Shown piece by piece: positions 14,689 through 27,376 of a stretch of DNA of 64,000 bases. The notes under the pieces were generated by a model that was not told where the DNA came from, ran no database searches, and saw only the letters and a list, made by a program, of their open reading frames with translations. Numbering within the stretch: the first letter of the stretch is position 1; every line of letters begins with the position of its first letter. Source of the DNA: Octopus sinensis (taxonomy: Eukaryota); the NCBI RefSeq assembly GCF_006345805.1, contig NC_043010.1, positions 52,576,001-52,640,000 on the forward strand, read 5' to 3'. The position numbers and the translations under genes were made by a program.

Positions 14689-14943
14689 ATATATATATAT
14701 ATATAGAAAGATAGCTAGATAGATAAATACAAATTTACTTATATGCATATGCACACACGCATCTACATACATGCATATATATATATGTATATACGTATAT
14801 ATATATATATATATATATAGATATATACATATATATACATACATATATATATATACATATACATACACACATATATATGTAAATATATAATAAAAATCTA
14901 TATATACAAATATATCTCACTATATGCATATATATATATATAT

Positions 14944-15036
<93 letters not shown>

Positions 15037-15598
15037 AACACACATATACACATATATATATATACATATATTTCAAATAAAATCCTCCCCTCACAACCTG
15101 ACTAATGGTACAGTTAAAAATTTATCTAAATATGTAACTGTTGTTAAAAATTTGAGAATAATCATAAATTTAAATGACCGCTGTTTAACGTTTTGCTTAA
15201 CACAATGTAGTTCTTATTGTCAATGTCACTGTGGTGTGGCCAATAACTGACAAAATTATTATTATTTTTATTATCATTATTATTATTTGTATTATTATTA
15301 TCAATCATTGTTCATGTTGTTTTTGTTAATGTCATTTAAAAAGAAGCTTGGTTTTTCTTTTACTATTATTATTGTTGTTGTTATTATTTTAGTACTATAA
15401 TTATTTTCAGTCATTCCCGTGGTTTATATATGTATGAATGTACGTATGTATGTATGCATGCATACACACACAATATATATGTATATATATATATATATAT
15501 GCACACACACATATTTTATGTGTTTGTGTGTGTGCATATATATACATGTATATGTGTGTGTGTATATATATGTATATATATATATTTATATATATACA

Positions 15599-15644
<46 letters not shown>

Positions 15645-15909
15645 CATATACATACATATATATATATTTATAAATCAATATATACATATATATGCATATA
15701 TAGAACCATCCATGTGTGTATGGAAATATATAACCTTATATACACATATATTTTTATATATACTCTCACATACATATCTATAGATATAGGCATGTGTGGA
15801 TATGTTTACGTGTGTGTGTGTATATATATACATATATATACACACATACATATATATATATGTGTGTATGTATGCATATATACATATACATATACAAATA
15901 CATACATAC

Positions 15910-15989
<80 letters not shown>

Positions 15990-16010
15990 GTATATTCAGT
16001 GTCGGTGGGA
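12900..16010. repeat. Dense compound microsatellite zone ((TA)n, (CA)n, (TG)n, (AAT)n); similar zones at 19990-20360, 24330-24880, 41160-41780, 43700-47390 and 62900-63330
   Basis: Directly visible. These zones explain the many IYIY/THTH ORFs. Confidence 0.95.
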
Positions 16011-16042
16011 TTTGGGGATGCTTGCTTTGCACAGTAGAGCGC

Positions 16043-16434
16043 CTAAATCTTCCGTAGATAGCTAATCTCTGCAATGGCGCATTTAATAACTGTGAACAGG
16101 GCATGATTGTCATTTGTCTTGTTTGTGCACAGTGTCTGTATTTTGCCAATATAATTGTCGAAGTTCTCCTCACTGATTGCTTCCTCTATTTGTGGCACTT
16201 GTACATTCTGTAGACATGAGATAATCTTTGAACGCATCAACTGCACGTATTCCTGCAAATGCTGATTCTTTTCGCAGACGCTCGAGTTTTCCTGCTCTTG
16301 CAGGCGTATTTTGTTTTCCAAACATGTGATCTCTGCACGCAGTTTAATCACCTCTGTTTCTGCATGCCTGTTAGCTTTCTTCAGGTCTTCGATTTCATTC
16401 TCTATTTCGATCATGTCCTCTGCATTTTCAAGAT
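16043..16434 (-). CDS. Myt1: Myt1-family terminal coding exon (392 nt): coiled-coil C-terminus [22 protein letters not shown]...[28 protein letters not shown]...[14 protein letters not shown]
   Basis: attctttctcttgcag|AT CTT GAA, phase 1, joins G| of the previous exon. The frame is open to TAG at 16045-16043. Heptad pattern and the [17 protein letters not shown] motif resemble MYT1L QLPHMDPINEQNFDAY. Confidence 0.93.
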
Positions 16435-16464
16435 CTGCAAGAGAAAGAATTGAGAAAAAAAATT

Positions 16465-16495
<31 letters not shown>

Positions 16496-16497
<2 letters not shown>

Positions 16498-17070
16498 GCC
16501 CTGATGCAGTACCAGGAAGTGGCTCTCATGGCTTCTGATCTTAACTGATTGGAAGTGTTATCATGTACATTGTTTTGTCTTGGTATAAAAGATGGGCTAC
16601 AGCAAATATTCTGCTCAATACCACAGATTTGCTTATCAGTTGTTTGACCTTAACCAGTTGAGCATGTCCCTTAGTGGCTGACGATATGTGCATCTCTGAT
16701 CACGAGCAGAAGTAGTGGGGGAGCATCATAGCCATGTGTTGAGAGGGATTCTTTGGGGTTTGAATAATTCACCTCTGGAACATGGGTGGTTCTTTCAACA
16801 TCCGTAAACACCCTTATTCAGGGACCTTTTGAGCGGGATGGGCTACTCAACCTGAAGAAAATTCTAACTGGGCCCCACCTGCAAGGTCATGTGCTGTTTA
16901 TCTTGATATGAGATCCCCATGTCGCGCACATATGGTTGTGATGCATGTGCCTGGTGTACCTTTATCAGACGGATAGTCATGATGGGTATATTGGGCTTCG
17001 TATATTTTACCCCAGTGTCACTTTGATGGCATGCACTGCTCTCTCACTCAATAATAATAATAAAAATAAT
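16496..17070. mobile_element. Interspersed repeat embedded between (AAT)n tracts, probably a non-autonomous retroposon or LINE 3' UTR; second truncated copy at 18323-18458
   Basis: gccctgatgcagtaccaggaagtggctctcatgg...ctcaataccacagatttgc recurs at 18323-18458. Both copies start right after (AAT)n. Confidence 0.55.
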
Positions 17071-17328
17071 ACTTTCTACTATAGGCACAAGGCCTGAGAT
17101 TTTGGGGGAGAGGGCAAGTCGATTACATTAACCCAACTGCATAACTGGTACTTATTTCATCGACCCTGAAAGAATGATAGGTAAAGTTGACCTTGGCAGA
17201 ATTTGAACTCAGAATGTAAAGATGAACAAAATGTCACTAAACATTCTACCCAGCATGCTAACAATTCTGCCAGCTCATCACTTAACCAGAATAATCATAA
17301 TAATAATGATGATGATGATGGTGATTAT

Positions 17329-17550
17329 GGAACTGTAAGCAAAGATATGGACAAATAATTGAAGGAGATTGGAATAGAATGCCCTATAGAGCTTCTACAG
17401 AAAGTTTGCCTGTTAAGGACAGGAAAGATTATCAGGAGAGTCTTAAGCACTTGAAAGACTATTGAGTGGTTGTGGATACCTAAGGTTACAGGGAACAACC
17501 TACTATCCACATAAACTCTGCCAAGAATAAGAATGAACCAGAATCAAATG
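17329..17550 (+). mobile_element. R4/Dong-like non-LTR retrotransposon 3' fragment
   Basis: GTVSKDMDK*LKEIGIECPIELLQKVCLLRTGKIIRRVLST*, the typical C-terminus of RLE elements (..LQKxxLLGTARILRKVL). Confidence 0.7.
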
Positions 17551-17559
17551 AATGACAAT

Positions 17560-17945
17560 AATTTGTGGTGAACAAAAAAAGGGAAAAAAAACTTGTGTGA
17601 TAGCTGACATTGCATGTTCTTGTGACAACAGGATCAAAGAGAAAGAAGAACTGAACATCTATGATGGTTTGAAGTAGGAAATATGAAGATCAAGGTGAAT
17701 GAAGAGAGCGGATAGGATATCAATAGTGATTGGTGCACTTGGAAGTATCAGAACTCAACTACCAACATGGCTGGAAAGGATCGGTGCAAGTGTGAAGGTA
17801 GAACACCAACAAAAGTCATCATTGCTTGGAACTGCGAGAGTTTTTCGCAGGGTTCTTGAAACATCATCAGTAGACAAGTGTCACCTTAGTCTGCTGGCTA
17901 TGACAGCTGACGCTTGCCAGCAAAATAATCTGAGAGTTTTCATCA
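17560..17945 (+). mobile_element. R4/Dong-like 3' fragment with part of the restriction-like endonuclease, ending in an (AAT)n tail
   Basis: VVNKKRE-KTCVIADIACSCDNRIKEKEE... and ISIVIGALGSIRTQLPTWLERIGASVKVEHQQKSSLLGTARVFRRVLE. Confidence 0.78.
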
Positions 17946-17992
17946 ACTAATGATAATGATAATAATAATAATAGTAATAATAATAATAATGT

Positions 17993-18297
17993 GGAGGTGC
18001 AATGGCCCAGTGGTTAGGTCAGTGGACTTGCGGTTGGAGGATCGCAGTTTCGATTCCCAGACCGAGCATTGTGTGTGTTTATTTAGCGAAAACACCTAGA
18101 GCTCCACGAGGCTCTGGCAGGGGGCGGTGGCGAACTCTGTTGTACTCTTTTACCCCAACTTTCTCTCACTCTCTCTTCCTGCTTCTTGAGTAACGCTGCT
18201 ATGGACTGGCACCCTGTCCAGCTGGGGGGAACACATACGCCACAGAAACCAGGAAACCGGGCCCATGAGTCTGGCTAGGCTTGAAAAGGGCGCAACA
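17993..18297 (+). mobile_element. tRNA-derived SINE family C (variant tail)
   Basis: ggaggtgcaatggcccagtggttagg...gtttcgattccc head, shared with 50278. Confidence 0.8.
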
Positions 18298-18566
18298 TAA
18301 ATGAATAAATAATAATAATAATAGCCCTGATACAATACCAGGCAGTGGCTCTCATGGTTTCTGATTTTAACTGAGTGGAAGTGTTATCATGTACATTGTT
18401 TTGTCTTAGTATAAAAGATAGGCTACAGCAAATATTCTGCTCAATACCACAGATTTGCATTTGTGTGTGTGTGTGTGTGTATACGTGTGTGAGCACATGC
18501 ATGTGTGAAGCAAATTGGAAAGAAAATATGAAGGAAAAGAAAAAAACAAACAACCAGCTGACTTAC

Positions 18567-18727
18567 CATGTCCAGCTTGAACTTTCATTTGTAGAGAATT
18601 CAGCTCAGCAGAACTAAGTCTTGCCTTTTTCATAGCTTGGGTTGCCCTTGGGCAACCTGATAGACTTCGATGAGAAAGGAAACTGCCATTTGCGTGTCCA
18701 GAGCCATCACAGCCTGGTGTTGGGCAT
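18567..18727 (-). CDS. Myt1: Myt1-family exon (161 nt): complete last CCHHC finger [53 protein letters not shown]
   Basis: ctttctttttcag|A TGC CCA ACA CCA GGC ... GGA CAT G|gtaagt. It is close to the MYT1L C-terminal finger as I recall it ([38 protein letters not shown]). Phases fit both neighbouring exons. Confidence 0.95.
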
Positions 18728-18848
18728 CTGAAAAAGAAAGCAGATAATGGGAATATATAATTAAGTTGAATAAATAATGATTTACCTATTTATTTCTTAA
18801 TCTATCTGTTTGTCTATCAGTCTATCTATTTATATATTTACCTTATTG

Positions 18849-18891
<43 letters not shown>

Positions 18892-19409
18892 GTCTGTCCC
18901 CCCCCCTTTTTTTCATTTCTCTTTTCTTTTGTTCCTTTTTTTTTATTTTTTGTTCTTTTTTTCCCTTTTACGATCTCTTTTCATCGAAAACCTACGCCAC
19001 CTTTTTTTTTTGTTTCCTTTGTTTTTTGTTTTTTTCATCCCCCAAAAGAAAAGCTCTACCTTGTAACTTGTCCCATCTGTGTGCAGCCCTGTGTGGCCAA
19101 TAAAGAAACTTATCTGTCTGTTTGTCTGTCTGTCTATCTAACTACATATATAGCTAGCAATTTATGTCTGTTTGTCTGTCTATCTACATACCTGTCTACC
19201 TCTCTATCTACATGCATATGTACCTATGTGTTTGTAAGTCTATTATTTCTATCTCACATATAAACACATACACACTATTGACTAACAACCAAACTTTTAT
19301 TAAACAACATTAAAAAGGACTTCATTCCTAATATGTCAATAAAGGCTCATACCTAACAACTTTGGTGGTGTGAGATAAAAGAAAAAAAGTAAAACACAGG
19401 TATGGACTA

Positions 19410-19790
19410 ACATACTCTCTTTTACTTGTTTCAGTCATTTGACTGTGGCCATGCTGGAGCATGGCCTTTAGTCGAGCAAGTTGCCCCCAGGACTTATTCT
19501 TTGTACTTATTCTATCGATGACTTTTGCCGAAACGCTAAGTTACGGGGACGTAAACATACCGGCATAGGTTGTCAAGCAATGTTGGGGGCACAAACATAG
19601 ACACACAAACATATACACAGACATTCATATATATACACATATATGCGACGGGCTTCTTTCAGTTTCCATCTACCAAATCCACTCTCAAGGCTTTGGTTGG
19701 TCCAAGGCTATAGCAGAAGACACTTGCCCAAGGTGCCACACGGTGGGACTGAACATAGAACCATGTGATTTAACCACACATACGCACAGA
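19410..19790 (-). mobile_element. tRNA-derived SINE family A
   Basis: Reverse complement of the family A consensus. Further minus copies lie at ~9610-9995, 10410-10740, 20390-20685, 32120-32480, 36990-37350, 41900-42085 and 51170-51525. Confidence 0.75.
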
Positions 19791-20103
19791 CATACACACA
19801 AACGCAACACATATTATAACTAAGAGTTTTTAGAGTGCGGATTAGCAGAATCATTAGAGCTTCATATAACATGCCGTGTACTATTTTTTTCCACCTCATT
19901 ACATTCTCAGTTCAAGTCCTACCAAGGTAAACTTTGCCATCTTCATCTTCTATCTTTCTAGCTTCAATAAATTGTGAAAAACTTAAGAGAAAATGATTTC
20001 TGGTAAATGTCTTCATATTGTGGTGTGTGTGTTTCTGTGTACACATACACATATATATGTAAGATGTCATATGGTGTGTTTGTCCATATACATACATACA
20101 TAC

Positions 20104-20160
<57 letters not shown>

Positions 20161-20250
20161 TATATATATATACATAAACCCACAAATAAATATATACACA
20201 CATAAATACAAACATATCTATATATATATGTATGTATAAATATATACATA

Positions 20251-20307
<57 letters not shown>

Positions 20308-20749
20308 GTATAAATATATACGAATATGTATATATATATATGTGTGTGTATATATGTATATTAGTCAAATGAATTGACCCTAGTATTTCTAGTTTTTGTA
20401 AAACCTGGTTCTTATCATGTCACCCTCTTTTGGCAAACCGTTGAGTTAAGGGGGCATAAACACACCAACATCAGTTGTCAAGTGGCTGTAGGGAACAAAA
20501 ACAGACACAAAGACACACACACACACGAGTGTTCTTTCAGTTTCCATTTACCAAATCCACTCGCATGTCCTTCATCGGTCCTAGGCTATAGTAGAATGCA
20601 CATGACCGAGGTGCCATGCAGTGGGACTGAATCACGAAATATGTGCTTGGGAAGCAAACTTCTTACAACACAGCTATATATATATACACACACATATATA
20701 TATTATGCATATATATATATATATATATACATACATATTTATATATACA

Positions 20750-21514
20750 ACATAAGAAGCATTGGATGTGGTACGCAAGAGAGATGTTTGCGCTGGTATG
20801 GTCATGTATTACGGATGGATGAGGAGAGATGTGTGAAGTGCCACTCCCAAACAGTTGAAGGAATTCGGGGTAGAGGTAGACCCAGGAAGACATGGGATGA
20901 GGTGGTCAAGTATGACCATCGAACGTTGGGCCTCACAGAGGCAATGACGAAAGACTGAGACCTCTGTAGATATGCTGTGACAGCACAGACACAACAAATA
21001 ATGTGAGTTCATGGCTGTTTCCTGCACCAGCTTCACATAACCAGCCCCAGCCCATCCAAAGTAACTTGGATCGCAGAACGGCCTGCTGTGCTTACCTTGG
21101 ATCGCAGGACGGCCTGCTGTGCTTACCTTGGATTGTAGGGTGACCTGCTGTGCTTGAGGAAACCTATTGAGTCAAGTACATCAACATCAAAATAAAAATC
21201 AAATAGAAATTGTAGTTGCACGTAAAAAGCACCATCCGAACATCGCCTTGACTTGCTTTTGTGCTGGTGGCATATAAAAAGCACCAACCAATCATGGCTG
21301 TTGCCAGCCTCCTCTGGCCCCTGTGCCGGTGGCACTTAAAAAGCACCCACTAGACTCACAGAGTGGTTGGTGTTAGGAAGGGCATCCAGCTGTAGAAACA
21401 CTGCCAGATCACACTGGAGCCTGGTGCAGCCTCCTGGCTTCCCAGACCCCGGTCAAACTGTCCAACCCATGCTAGCATGGAAAACAGACATTAGATGATG
21501 ATGATGATGATGAT
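20750..21514 (+). mobile_element. RTE-clade LINE 3' end (ORF C-terminus, 3' UTR and (GAT)n tail)
   Basis: IRSIGCGTQERCLRWYGHVLRMDEERCVKCHSQTVEGIRGRGRPRKTWDEVVKYD: the LRWYGHV and RGRPRKTW motifs of RTE elements. The 3' UTR ends ccatgctagcatggaaaacagacattagatgatgatg. Confidence 0.85.
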
Positions 21515-23167
21515 GTGTGTATGTTATGAAACTCAAGATAGTCACCAACAGTTTAATAGTTCAAACTCTATGCAATGAATCTTGAGTACTTTGGTGTTTG
21601 TTGTTTGAGCACATTAATGTGTGAGTGTGTGTATTTATGTTTATATATATATATCTATGTATGTGTATATATATCTATGCATGTATGTGTATGTATATAT
21701 ATATATATATATGTATATATATGTATACATATATATATATATATATATATATGCATATATATATATACACACACATACACACATATATGCATATAGATAT
21801 GTACATATATGAAACTCACCTGTATTTCAGGTCAACCCCATCGTAATCAAGTTGTCTTGAAGAAAGAAAAAAAGTAAAGGATAAAAATTAATTTAAGAGG
21901 AAAAAAATGTGCCTAATTATACAATATGACTTTTTAACTAATATATGAATGTATACATCTTGTAGTAGTAGCAGTAGTAGTAATTAGTAGTAGTAGTATA
22001 GTAGTAGTAGTAGTAGTAGTGGCAGTAGTAGTAGTGGCAGTAGTAGTAGTAGTAGTAGTAGTAGCAGCAGCAGTTGTTGATTTGTTAGCATGACAATAAG
22101 GCTGTTATTGTCAATAAATATATCTATTCTTAGGTTTGCCAAGAAGCCAAATTTGAGAGGGAGTGGTCATATTTGGATGGTCTGAAATTTGAAACATTAT
22201 TCGTCAAATCCTGATCCAGCAAAGCAGTCTGTCTCACTGTCAGAAATCCTGTGTCTAGAATTACAATTTCTGAAAATTTTTTTTTTTTTTTTGCTTTAAG
22301 ATAGTAGGTGATGATCTGAAGGATAGTTGGTTGTATTGTTTAGCAGATCAAGTGAAAATGTAGAGGTTTACTTTTTATTTTTCTTGTTGTTCTTTATCTT
22401 TTGTAAACCAACCTTCAGATCTAGGCAAGAAAACCTTTCATTAAGCTTGATCAAATTAGACCTATGATTAATCTTTGATCAATTAAACATGTGATCTAGC
22501 TCAGATCAAGTAGAGCTATTTACAAGCCTGCATCAAGTTGACTTATGATGAAGCCCAGATCAAGCTGACTTGTAATTAAACTGTGATCAAGTTGACCCAT
22601 GAACAGGCCTTATCAAGTAAGCCTGTGAGCAAGCCTTGCCCTGGTAAAACTATACTTAAGGATGCTGCAACTGATAATCTAGTATTTTTTTACAGGTATG
22701 ATTTATTTCATACAATATCATCCAATGTATCTGTCCTTTTTTTTAAGAAGGTAAGATGTGATTTGAATCAAAGTTTTGCTGTTATTTCTAGCAGGCAGAA
22801 CGACTACTTAGAGGCTTCCTTGTTTTGCCTCTGTTAGCATTCAGACATAATCAAGTAAGTAAGTCTACAATCAGAAGCATTTGAACCACAGCAAATCCAT
22901 AAATACTACTTTTCTTTTTCTACAGATAATCTATCTAGGAATACACAATGAAATATATCCTTTTTCCTATCAACCTCCCTTACTGAACTGCTATGTTACA
23001 GGGATGTGAACAAACCAACACTGGTCATCAAGTGGTGGACAAACACAAATACAAAGATACACACACACATACACATATATATATATAAACCATAGCTGAG
23101 TCCATTAGAGGAGCTTTCTGTGATAGCGACACAAGTCTCTAAATCCATATCTTATACTACAAATTTA

Positions 23168-23204
<37 letters not shown>

Positions 23205-23206
<2 letters not shown>

Positions 23207-23527
23207 AAGGACCCTTCGGTCATGAATGACCATGGGATTGTATCTAGAAAGTTCTCCTCCAAGGTTCTTTGTGGAAGACCAGCAGTCACCCATGCATATC
23301 AGCCTCTCCTCTCCACGCCACCGATGTTATCCAAGGAAAAGGTAAACGCCAATACAGCTTGGCAACCAATGACATCACAACTCATTTCTACAGCTGAGCG
23401 AACTGGAGCAATGTGAAATAAAGTGTCTTGCTCAAGAACACAACACACAGCACAGTCCGAGAATCAAACTCACAACTTCACAATTATAAGCTCAGTACTC
23501 TAACCACTGAGCCATGTGCCTAATGCA
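23205..23527 (-). mobile_element. tRNA-derived SINE family F, copy 2
   Basis: Homologous to 3262-3595. Confidence 0.7.
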
Positions 23528-23890
23528 TATCTTCCCTTCTGGGGACACAAAACTCTACTTGTGAAGACCTGTTGAGGCAAGTGAGAATCAGAATCGAAAT
23601 CAATCAATGGAAATTGCAGCTGAGTTACCAGTGCCGGTGGCACGTAAGAGAACCATCTGAATTGTGGCCGTTGCCAGCACCGCCCCGACTGGCCTCGTGC
23701 CGGTGGCACGTAAAAAGCATCCACTACACTCATGGAGTGGTTGGCGTTAGGAAGGGCATCCAGCCGTAGAAACATTGCCAGATCAAACTGGGCCTGGTGC
23801 AGCCTTCTGGCTTCCCAGACCCCAGTTGAACCGTCCAACCCATGCTAGCATGGAAAGCGGACGTTAAACGATGACGATGATGATGATGAT
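23528..23890 (+). mobile_element. RTE LINE 3' UTR fragment (two internal repeat units)
   Basis: Same 3' terminus as 20750-21514 (ggaagggcatccagc...ccatgctagcatggaaagcggacgttaaacgatga). Confidence 0.75.
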
Positions 23891-24395
23891 GATATATATA
23901 TATATATATATATATCTATAAATATATATTACAGGGACATGCCACCTGGGTAATCAAGGTAGGTAGTACCCACCTTGAATAAAATAGATCAATAGTAACA
24001 TTTTTCTTTTATGGCAAAATATGCATCTCATTCAATAAAATTATGAAGGTTGCTGATTACTATGCATAAAATGCAAAATATCTTTTTTTTTCCCTAGATT
24101 AGGTCTGCATAATTTGCCCCTGCCTTTCAATCTCAGTATTTAAGCTACGCATAGTACTGCTGTAGTACACATGCAGCGTACATTCCTACAATACCGTTTT
24201 CTATAGTGCTATAAAGGCAGAAATAAATCTGCCTTCAACTCAGTCATGTGCTTGTGCTTCGCTTAGTTTTTGTGTGTTTTATTACATAAAGGTCACCAAC
24301 TGCCTACCCTGAGGAATTATTGATGTCATGTACCTGAGATATATATATGTGTGTGTGTGTGTGTGTGTATATGTGCATGTATATATATATATATG

Positions 24396-24426
<31 letters not shown>

Positions 24427-24485
24427 CTGTATGTATATGTATATATACATATATATATGTGTGTGTATGTATATGTATACATATG

Positions 24486-24516
<31 letters not shown>

Positions 24517-24636
24517 GTATGTATATATATATCTATATGTAATATATGCATATATATACACATATATCTATAAATGTTCTAAAATCTACACAGCCTTGTA
24601 TTTTATCTATTACAGAAAAAGAAATTTATATATATA

Positions 24637-24692
<56 letters not shown>

Positions 24693-24706
24693 GTATATGA
24701 TATGTA

Positions 24707-24753
<47 letters not shown>

Positions 24754-24946
24754 CTATATATATATATATATGTGTGCATATTTATATATATATACAATAT
24801 ATATATGTATATATATATATATGTGTTATATATATATATATATATCTATATATATATGCACACACCCACATACATATGCTCGGTAGTGCAGTGAAAGCAC
24901 GTGATAAAAAAAAGACTGCCGAATAATAATAACAAGGATGATGATG

Positions 24947-24979
<33 letters not shown>

Positions 24980-25006
24980 GTAATAATTAATAATCTGACA
25001 GAGCCC

Positions 25007-25215
25007 TCGGAACAGTGAACAAAAATCTCGAGAAGTACGTGGAACAAATAGGGGCTGCAATAAGGGTTGAGCACTTGCAGAAAACAGCACTGCTTGGAAC
25101 CGCTTGAATACTCTGGAAGGTCTTCGAAAAATAAGAGGTGTTACCTTAGTTCACTGGTACTGAACAGCTGACACCATAGTACATCTCCAGAGTTAGGAGC
25201 TGTGCAAAGGCAATG
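25007..25215 (+). mobile_element. R4/Dong-like 3' fragment inside (AAT)n
   Basis: ALGTVNKNLEKYVEQIGAAIRVEHLQKTALLGTA*ILWKVFEK*, flanked by (AAT)n on both sides. Confidence 0.78.
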
Positions 25216-25236
25216 ATAATTAATAATAATAATAAG

Positions 25237-25912
25237 CATCACCTTCGAACATTAGGCCTCACCGAGGCAATGACTAGTGATCAAGACCTTTGGAAATATG
25301 CTGTGTGTGAGAAGACCCGGCAGGACAAGTGAGACCATAACCCGTGGCCTATGCCAGGGATGTAGCCAGCCCACTTATACATACCTTTCCTTCTTTATAC
25401 ACAAAACTCTGCTTGCGAAGACCTGTTGGGACAAGTGAAATCGAAATTGAACCAAATTCAATGACTGGCACCCGTGCCAGTGGAGCGCTAACAGCTCCAT
25501 CCGACTGGGATCACTGCCAGAGCAGCAGTCTGGCTTCCGTGCCAGTGGGCACGTAAAAAGCACCATTTGAGCATGATCGTTACCAGCGTCGCCTTTCTGG
25601 CACTTGTGCCAGTGGCATGTGAACAAAACTTTTGAGCAATGTCATTGCCAGTGCCGCTGGACTGACCCCTGTGCAGGTGGCATGTAAAAAACACCATTTC
25701 AAGTGTGGCCGTTCCCAGTACCGCCAGACTGGCCCCCGTACTGGTGGCACGTAAAGGCACCCACTACACTCTCGGAGTGGTTGGCATTAGGAAGGGCATC
25801 TGGCTGTAGAAACTCTGCCAGATTGGATTGGAGCCTGGCGCAGCCATCTGGTTCGCCAGTCCTCAGTCAAATCGTCCAACCCATGCTAGCATGGAAAGCA
25901 GATGTTAAAGGA
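25237..25912 (+). mobile_element. RTE LINE 3' end (five ~66-bp internal repeat units)
   Basis: LRTLGLTEAMTSDQDLWKYAVCEKTRQDK* followed by the shared RTE 3' terminus. Confidence 0.8.
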
Positions 25913-25959
25913 ATAATAATAATAATAGTATATGATATGTATAATAATAATAAGAGTAC

Positions 25960-26135
25960 TAGAGTTGAAGAAATGTAAGATTTTTTGGACCTTCCTATTC
26001 AAATGGACAAGAAGTTAAAAAATTATAGACCGGACGTAACAATTATAGATAAGGAAAAGCAAATCTGCTTACTGACCAACCCATAATACCTGTTTGATTC
26101 TAAGAGTGTAAGGAAAGAGGATGAAAATCAATAGA
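25960..26135 (+). mobile_element. R4/Dong-like endonuclease fragment
   Basis: DLPIQMDKKLKNYRPDVTIIDKEKQICLL: the RPD..D motif of restriction-like endonucleases (NRPDIVIIDK). Confidence 0.7.
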
Positions 26136-26296
26136 ATACAAAAAACCTCAGTGCATAACTGGTACTTATTTCATTAACTCTGAAAGGATGAAAGGCAAAG
26201 TCGACCTCGGTGGAAATTGAACTCAGAAAGTAAAGACAGAGGAAATGCCACTAAGCATTTTGCCTGGCATACTCATGATTCTGCCAGCTTCCCACC

Positions 26297-26352
<56 letters not shown>

Positions 26353-27250
26353 CATAATAATAATAATAATAATGAGGATAATAATAATATTTTAAAAAGG
26401 ATTGACGTAATTCTTCACAGAGGTAAACAGTCAAGACGAAGAGCACGATTCGATTGTAAGATATTTTATTAGTTGAACGATATTTCAACTGAACGTCTGT
26501 CTTTGTCAAGTTCAAAATAAGAAGTGATAAAAATTCAAAATTACGGAAATTTAAACATAAAGTATGAACAAGGGCAACCAGCGTCCACACTGTGGTTTCA
26601 AATTTTGACATAAGGCTAGCAATTTTGTGGGGACGGGAGTGGTCGATTGCACCGACCCCAGAGCTCAACTGGTACTTATTTTTATTGACTCCGAAAGGAT
26701 GAAAGGCAAAGTTGACCATGGCATAATTTGAACTCAGAATATATGGACGGATGAAATACTGCTGAACATTTTCCCCCCCAACATGCTAATGATTCTGCCA
26801 GCTCTCAGTCTTAATAATAATAATGATTATAATAATCTTTTCTTCTATAGGTTCAAGGCCTGAAATTTTTTGGGAAGAGACTATTTGATTATTTAACCTC
26901 AGTATTCAACTGGTACTTATTTTTACAGACTCCAAATGGATGGAAGGCATAGTTGACCTCGGCAGTATTCAAACTCAGAGCGTAAAGACGGATGAAATGT
27001 CTGGCATGCTAACGATTCTGCCAGCTTGTGGCCTTAATAATAATGTAAAATTGTTTTCCACATGGGCAGCTTGTGGGAGAGGATTAAGTCGTTTACATTG
27101 ACCCCCAGTGCTTATTTCATCGACCCCGAAAGGATGAAAGGCAAAGTTGACCTCAGTGGAATTTGAACTCAGTGTGTAGTGGCTGACAAAATACCGCCAA
27201 GCATTTCGCCCGACGTGCTAATGATTCTGCCAGCTCGCCACCTTTGTGGC
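26136..27250 (-). mobile_element. Cluster of four family B SINE copies in the same orientation, mostly separated by (AAT)n tracts
   Basis: Repeated ggtacttatt...gaaaggatgaaaggcaaagttgacc...gaactcag...ctgccagct blocks at ~26140, 26600, 26830 and 27060. Confidence 0.75.
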
Positions 27251-27299
27251 CTTAATAATAATAACGATAATAATAGTAATAATAATAATGATGATGATG

Positions 27300-27340
<41 letters not shown>

Positions 27341-27376
27341 TAATAATAATAATGATAATAATAATAATATTCATAC

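Noticed and set aside
15419-16065. Long IYIY/THTH ORFs here and throughout the track
   Set aside because: (TA)n and (CA)n repeats lack stop codons in some frames, so these ORFs are artefacts.
22120-22270. Alternative terminal exon of Myt1 (EIVILDTGFL...)
   Set aside because: The AG is preceded by poly-A rather than a pyrimidine tract, the phase does not fit the upstream exon, and there is no homology.
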